Origin: the human T2T-CHM13v2.0 reference genome, Homo sapiens
Length of the DNA: 64,000 bases
NCBI RefSeq assembly: GCF_009914755.1
Contig: NC_060941.1
Reading direction: 5' to 3' (one strand)
A program made the translations under genes and the position numbers. Shown here in pieces: positions 55,721 to 64,000 of this stretch; within the stretch, counting starts at the first letter, position 1; each line of letters opens with the position of its first letter. The notes below the pieces were generated by a model, which worked only from the letters and a program-made list of their open reading frames with translations, searched no databases and was not told where the DNA came from.

Positions 55721-56762
55721 GAGCGGACCAAGGAGCAGGAGTGGGCAGAGCGTCAGCCCCCAGGGCAGCAGAGACTGCCGTTGGAGAGCTCTCCAGGGTT
55801 TTTGGAGGAGGGAGGGTGCTCGCCTCGCCCAGCCCACTCCTCCTGGGGGCTCTTCCTAACCACAGGAGGCTTTTTTTCTTGGATGTCTCTTCCCAGTCCC
55901 AGAAGAGCCCCCAGAGCCTCCCAAGAGGTAGCTTTCTAACAAAAGATTCATAGCACAGTCCTCACCTTAGGGTAGAGGGAGGGCTTCTGGTCAGAAATTA
56001 GGGGATGGGCCATGCCAAAGTGCAAAGGGTCAGCAATCGCATCCTCTGATTAACCCCCATTCAGTCCCGCCCTCCAAAGCTCTTCACTGACTCAGGCCTA
56101 CTTAGGGAAGAGATTCGAAGGTGGAGACCAATGAGCAGGCTGCTCCTTCCCCAGGGGCCAATCAGAGTCTAGATGAGCGGGGGATGGGCAAAAAGTGAAA
56201 TGAACCCAGTGACTTGGCAAAAGCTGCTGGTCGGCGTTTTTAAAGGGGCAAGCCGGAGACCTGCCCTACCTTATCAATCCCCGCAAGTCCCCCAAAGAGG
56301 AACATGTGGACTGAAATCCATGCCTTTTCCTTCAGCTCCAAATAGGGGCTGAGGGTAACTAAGCAGGAGAGATGAGGCTGGAGGGTGAGATCCTTCCTTC
56401 TGTTAAATACGCACTCCATCAGGTAATTGATAAGGTTCACTTGGAGCTCCAAAATTCTGAGCCTGCGTTCAGGACATTGCGCCTTTAAGGAAACTTCCTG
56501 CCTTGCGCCCCAGTAACAGCTGATTGTTGGAAAGTGTGACCTCTGGGGACGAATCAGCTGTTACCACATCCTCCTCCTTGCTTACCCTCCTCCATCCCCT
56601 TATCCACTCCCATGGGTGGTGAAGGAAAGAACGTGGGGGATGTGATTGTATGATCTTTCTTTTCCCCCATCACTCCAAGACTGTCTCCCCCAACCCCAAC
56701 CCCGCTCTGCTCCTTAGTTCTTCAGAGGCTCTGGGCTTGGAAAGAGAGGTATTTCCTGTTAG

Positions 56763-57283
<521 letters not shown>

Positions 57284-57815
57284 TGATCCACCCGCCTCGG
57301 TCTCCCAAAGTGCTAGGATTATAGGCGTGTGAGCCACCGCGCCCGGCCGCATTCACTCCACTTCTAACTGTTCTCAGCTGCCACCTGGTCCCTGGGCCGC
57401 TCCATTTTTGGCTTTTGGCGGTGCCCTGCCCACATGGCCACCCCCCATAGCAAGGGTCCTAATTGCTCAAGGACTGCAGGTGGGACACGTTGGCCCCAGA
57501 AGCCAGCGTCTTTGGCTGGGAAGTGCTGGGAAGACCCAGGTAAATATTTTGCCTCGATCCTGAGTTGGGAGTCAGGGTCACTCCAGGACAAGCTTAGTGT
57601 GAAGTCCTAGGACTGACTTGGCAAGGCGTGGAGAAATTGAGCAGGGCCCTGGCCAAGCATGGAAGGAAGTGAAGCCTCACCAGTGGCCCCTATTCTCCAT
57701 TATCCTGAGCATAGAAATCCCATCCCTTTCCCACTCACGGCCCTTGGGGTGACCCTTTTCCATTTTGTTCTGAACACTGACCCCACCCCCTAGGTCAAAA
57801 GCACAGGCTTCAAGT

Positions 57816-58042
57816 CCAGGGTTTCGCCACCTCAGCACCCACTGGCATTTTAAGTAGAATAATTTCTTGTGGGAGGGCTACCGGGTGCACAATAGGACAT
57901 CCACGTGGTCCCTGGCCTCTGTCCTAGATGTCAGTGGCAACACCCACCCACCCCCAGCTCCCAGTTTTGACAACCAAAAGTATCTCCAGACGTTACCAAA
58001 TGTCTCCTAGGGGCCAAAATCTCCTCCAACTGAGAACTACTG
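57816..58042. mobile_element. MER20 (hAT-Charlie) DNA transposon
   Basis: tccctggcctctgtcctagatgtcagtggca...tgacaaccaaaagtatctccagacgttaccaaatgtctcctagggg...tgagaactactg. Confidence 0.8.
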
Positions 58043-58116
58043 TGTTAGGCACACTTAGATTCAAATTCCAGCTCTTACTAGCTGTGAACTTGTTACCGAT
58101 AATTTCCCCTCATCTA

Positions 58117-58254
<138 letters not shown>

Positions 58255-58922
58255 TCACGAGGTCAGGAGATGGAGAACATCCTGGCTAACACTGTGAAAC
58301 CCCGTCTCTAATAAACATACAAACAATTAGCCGGGCGTGGTGGCGGGCGCCTGTAGTGCCCAGCTACTTGGGAGGCTGAGGCAGGAGAGTGGCGTGAACC
58401 CAGGAGGCGGAGCTTTGCAGTGAGCCAAGATTGGGCCACTGCACTCCAGCCTGGGTGACAGAGCAAGACTCCGTCTCAAAAAAAGAAAAAAAAAAAAAAA
58501 ATTAAAAATGTGGCCAGGCACAGTGGCTCATACCTGTAATCCCAGCACTTTGGGAGGCCGAAGCAGGTGGATCACTTTGAGCCCAGGAGTTCAAGACCAG
58601 CCTGGGCAACGTGGCAAGACCCTCTTTAAAAAAAAAAAAAATTAAAAAATGGCCTGGCGAGGTGGCTCACACCTGTAATTGTAGCACTTTGGGAGGCTGA
58701 GGCAGGCAGATTGCTTGAGCTCAGGAGTTCGAGACCAGCCTGGGCAACATGATGAAACTCTAGCTCTACCCAAAATACAAAACATTAGCCAGGTGTGGTG
58801 GTATCTGTGGTCCCAGCTACTCAGGAGGCCGAGGCAGAGGTTGCAGTGAGCCAAGATGGCGCCACTGCACTCCAGCCTAGGTGACAGAATGTGACTCCAT
58901 CTCAGAAAAAAACGAAAAACAA

Positions 58923-59026
58923 ATTTAATTAGAAAACACCTAGCATAGATTTAATTAGAAAACACCTAGCGTAGATTTAATTAGAAAACACCTAGCGTAG
59001 ATTTAATTAGAAAACACCTAGCATAG
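58923..59026. repeat. 26-bp minisatellite x4
   Basis: atttaattagaaaacacctagc[a/g]tag, four contiguous copies. Confidence 0.95.
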
Positions 59027-59414
59027 TACCTGCCACACTGGTCCGCAGCTGGTGCACTACTTTTCTCCCTGCCGGATTAGCAAGAGCTGACCCCGCTCAA
59101 CATGGGCTGACTGGTGGGGCAGCTGCAGCCTCTGTCCCTGACTATCCAAGACATGACCTCCCGGAAACCCAATACTGAGGCTGGCCAAGGGGAGCGGCTA
59201 ATTTGGTCTGAGATTCCCCAGAGCCCAAAGGTGCTTGCATTGGGATTCAGGGAACACGCTTACTGGGGGCAGTGAGAGGGAAATTCCGGAAGAGAGCTGT
59301 TACAGACGTTACTTCTCAAGACATAGCCTGAAGGTTGCTGCATCAGAATTACCTCGCGTACTTGTTAAACATTTAGATAGCTGTATCTCACTCCAGACTC
59401 CTGAATTAGAATTA

Positions 59415-59745
<331 letters not shown>

Positions 59746-59880
59746 CTAGGGCTCAGATTGGGCCAGGGTTTGAGGCCCCAGGAATCCCAGTGCGCCAGTT
59801 CCCAATATTGCTAGGACATCTCTATTCTCGGGAGGAAAGGAGAATTTCAAGAGGTAAAATTAGGTACACTCAAGGTCACT

Positions 59881-59914
59881 GCTGCAGTGTAACCCCAGTA
59901 CCGCTAGAGGGCAG
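59881..59914 (+). promoter_or_regulatory. Predicted CTCF site with upstream module
   Basis: Core CCGCTAGAGGGCAG at 59901-59914; TGCAG at 59883-59887. Confidence 0.65.
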
Positions 59915-60146
59915 GGCACACACAGACTTGCAGACAGAAAAAGTAGTACCTGCTCAATCTAGGTAAACTGAGACCAGCGCAAAGAACAGGTGGACCCAGC
60001 CAGCTCTATTGGTACTAAGAAGCAAGCACTACCTTCTAACCATCAAAACATATCCTCTGATTTCAGGTATTTATATCAAAGTTGGGGCTGGGCACTGTGG
60101 CTCACGACTGTAATCCCAGCTCTACTAAAAATATAAAATTTAGCTA

Positions 60147-60332
<186 letters not shown>

Positions 60333-60713
60333 TCAACTACTCGGGAGGCTGAGGTGGGAGGATCACCTGAGCCTGGGGAGGTCGAGGCTGCAGTCAGCTG
60401 TGACAAATCACTGCACTGCAGCCTGGGTGACAGAGTGAGACCCTGTGTCAAAAAAAATAAATAAAAAATCACTCGGGCACCATGGCTCACACCTGTAATC
60501 CCAGCATTTTGAGAGGCCGAGATGGGCCGATTGCTTGAGCCCAGGAGTTCAAGACCAGCCTGGGAAACATGGCAAAACCTGGTTACTACAAAAATACAAA
60601 AAATTAGCTGGATGTGGTGGCACATTCCTGTAGTCCCAGCTACTCAGGAGGCTGAGGTGGGAAGTTCACCTGAGCCTGGAAGGTCGAGGCTGCAGGGAGC
60701 CAAGATCACACTA

Positions 60714-61454
<741 letters not shown>

Positions 61455-61505
61455 TAGTAGAGATGGGGTTTCTCCATGTTGGTCAGGCTGGTCTTGAACT
61501 CCTGA

Positions 61506-61858
<353 letters not shown>

Positions 61859-62387
61859 TGATCCGCCCACCTTGGCCTCCCAAAGTGCTGGGATTACAGG
61901 TGTGAACCACCGTGACCGGCCAAGGCCTAGTTTTCCTAAGTGTCTTTATGGGACCCTCACACCTGTACACCAAACTCCTTCAAGAGGCAAACTCTCTCCT
62001 AAGAGGGAGACAAAAGAAACAGGGCCAGTGGTTTCACTGTAGACAATGGTCTATCTGTCCTGCAGATGAGTCAGAACTAAGACCCCTTGAGGAATCATGT
62101 TGCTTTGGTGCCAGCTGTCTGGTTTCTATTCCATATCCTGTGCCGCACCCTTCCCCCAGCCACAGTGACATCTGGAGGCTCTGACCACAGCTGGCAGGCT
62201 CTGTGGTACCGCAGAGGCCAATCTTCAACAGGAAGTCTTGGGGGAACATTTCTTCCCCCAAAACACCAGGCCTCTGGGCCTGGGCCACTTCTCTCCCTCA
62301 GACAGCCCAGGGTTTCGTTTTATTTTTATTTTATTTTATTTATTTATTTTTATTTATTTATTTGGTTTTATTTTTATTTATTTATTT

Positions 62388-62422
<35 letters not shown>

Positions 62423-62432
62423 TTCTTTTTGA

Positions 62433-62615
<183 letters not shown>

Positions 62616-63092
62616 TAGCCAGGATGGTCTCGATCTCCTGACCTCGTGATCCACCTGCCTCAGCCTCCCAAAGTGCTGGGATTACAGGCGTGAGCCACTG
62701 CACCCGGCCAGTTTTTTTTTTTAAAAAGCCGTGAGAGGGCTGTCAGGAGGCAGTGCTCCTGGGCAGAAAGAAGGCTGGCACCAGTTTCTAAGTCTCCATT
62801 CCGCCAGGCGGACAAGCCTCTCTGGCGGTTGTTGGTTATCACTTGTAAAATATAAACAGTAATAACTGTCCTCCCTACCTCACAGAGTGTGTTGCGAGGG
62901 CCAAATGGAATGTGACTGTTGAAGTACTTAGGAAAGTTAAAAAGCTCCTTCCTATGGAAGGTGGCATGGAGGCGCCGGGGGGATTCCATGTCAAAAGTCC
63001 CAGTTCTGGCCGGGCGCGGTGGCTCACGCCTGTCATCCCAGCACCTTGGGAGGCCGAGACGGGTGGATCACGAGGCCAGGAGTTCGAGATCA

Positions 63093-64000
<908 letters not shown>

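Noticed and set aside
58923-59026. CRISPR-like array of 26-bp direct repeats
   Set aside because: Units are contiguous with no spacers, there are no cas genes and the context is human; it is a minisatellite

Overview
This is human (or near-human hominid) genomic DNA, recognisable from the encoded proteins as chr17p13.3. In order it contains: (1) the 5' two-thirds of the spliceosome core gene PRPF8 (minus strand, exons 1-27, c.1-4338; all junctions are GT-AG and the frame is continuous; the gene runs off the left edge). (2) A ~17.5-kb Alu-saturated intergenic block holding a full-length SVA retrotransposon with a 12-bp TSD. (3) TLCD2 (minus, 4 coding exons, 264 aa, ~5-kb Alu-rich 3' UTR). (4) MIR22HG (minus) with the exonic miR-22 hairpin and a spliced 57-aa small ORF. 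(5) A bidirectional CpG promoter shared with an upstream WDR81 first exon, and the main WDR81 promoter and start of its CDS (plus strand, truncated at the right edge). Most ORF-track entries are Alu or SVA artefacts. I found no convincingly new biological system. The most worthwhile leads are the miRNA-versus-micropeptide layout of MIR22HG exon 2, an L1-derived MIR22HG terminal exon and poly(A) site, inverted Alus in the TLCD2 3' UTR, a CLEAR/E-box cluster at WDR81, an extended CTCF site between the two WDR81 promoters, and the young SVA upstream of PRPF8. Repeat boundaries and subfamily calls were made by eye and are approximate.
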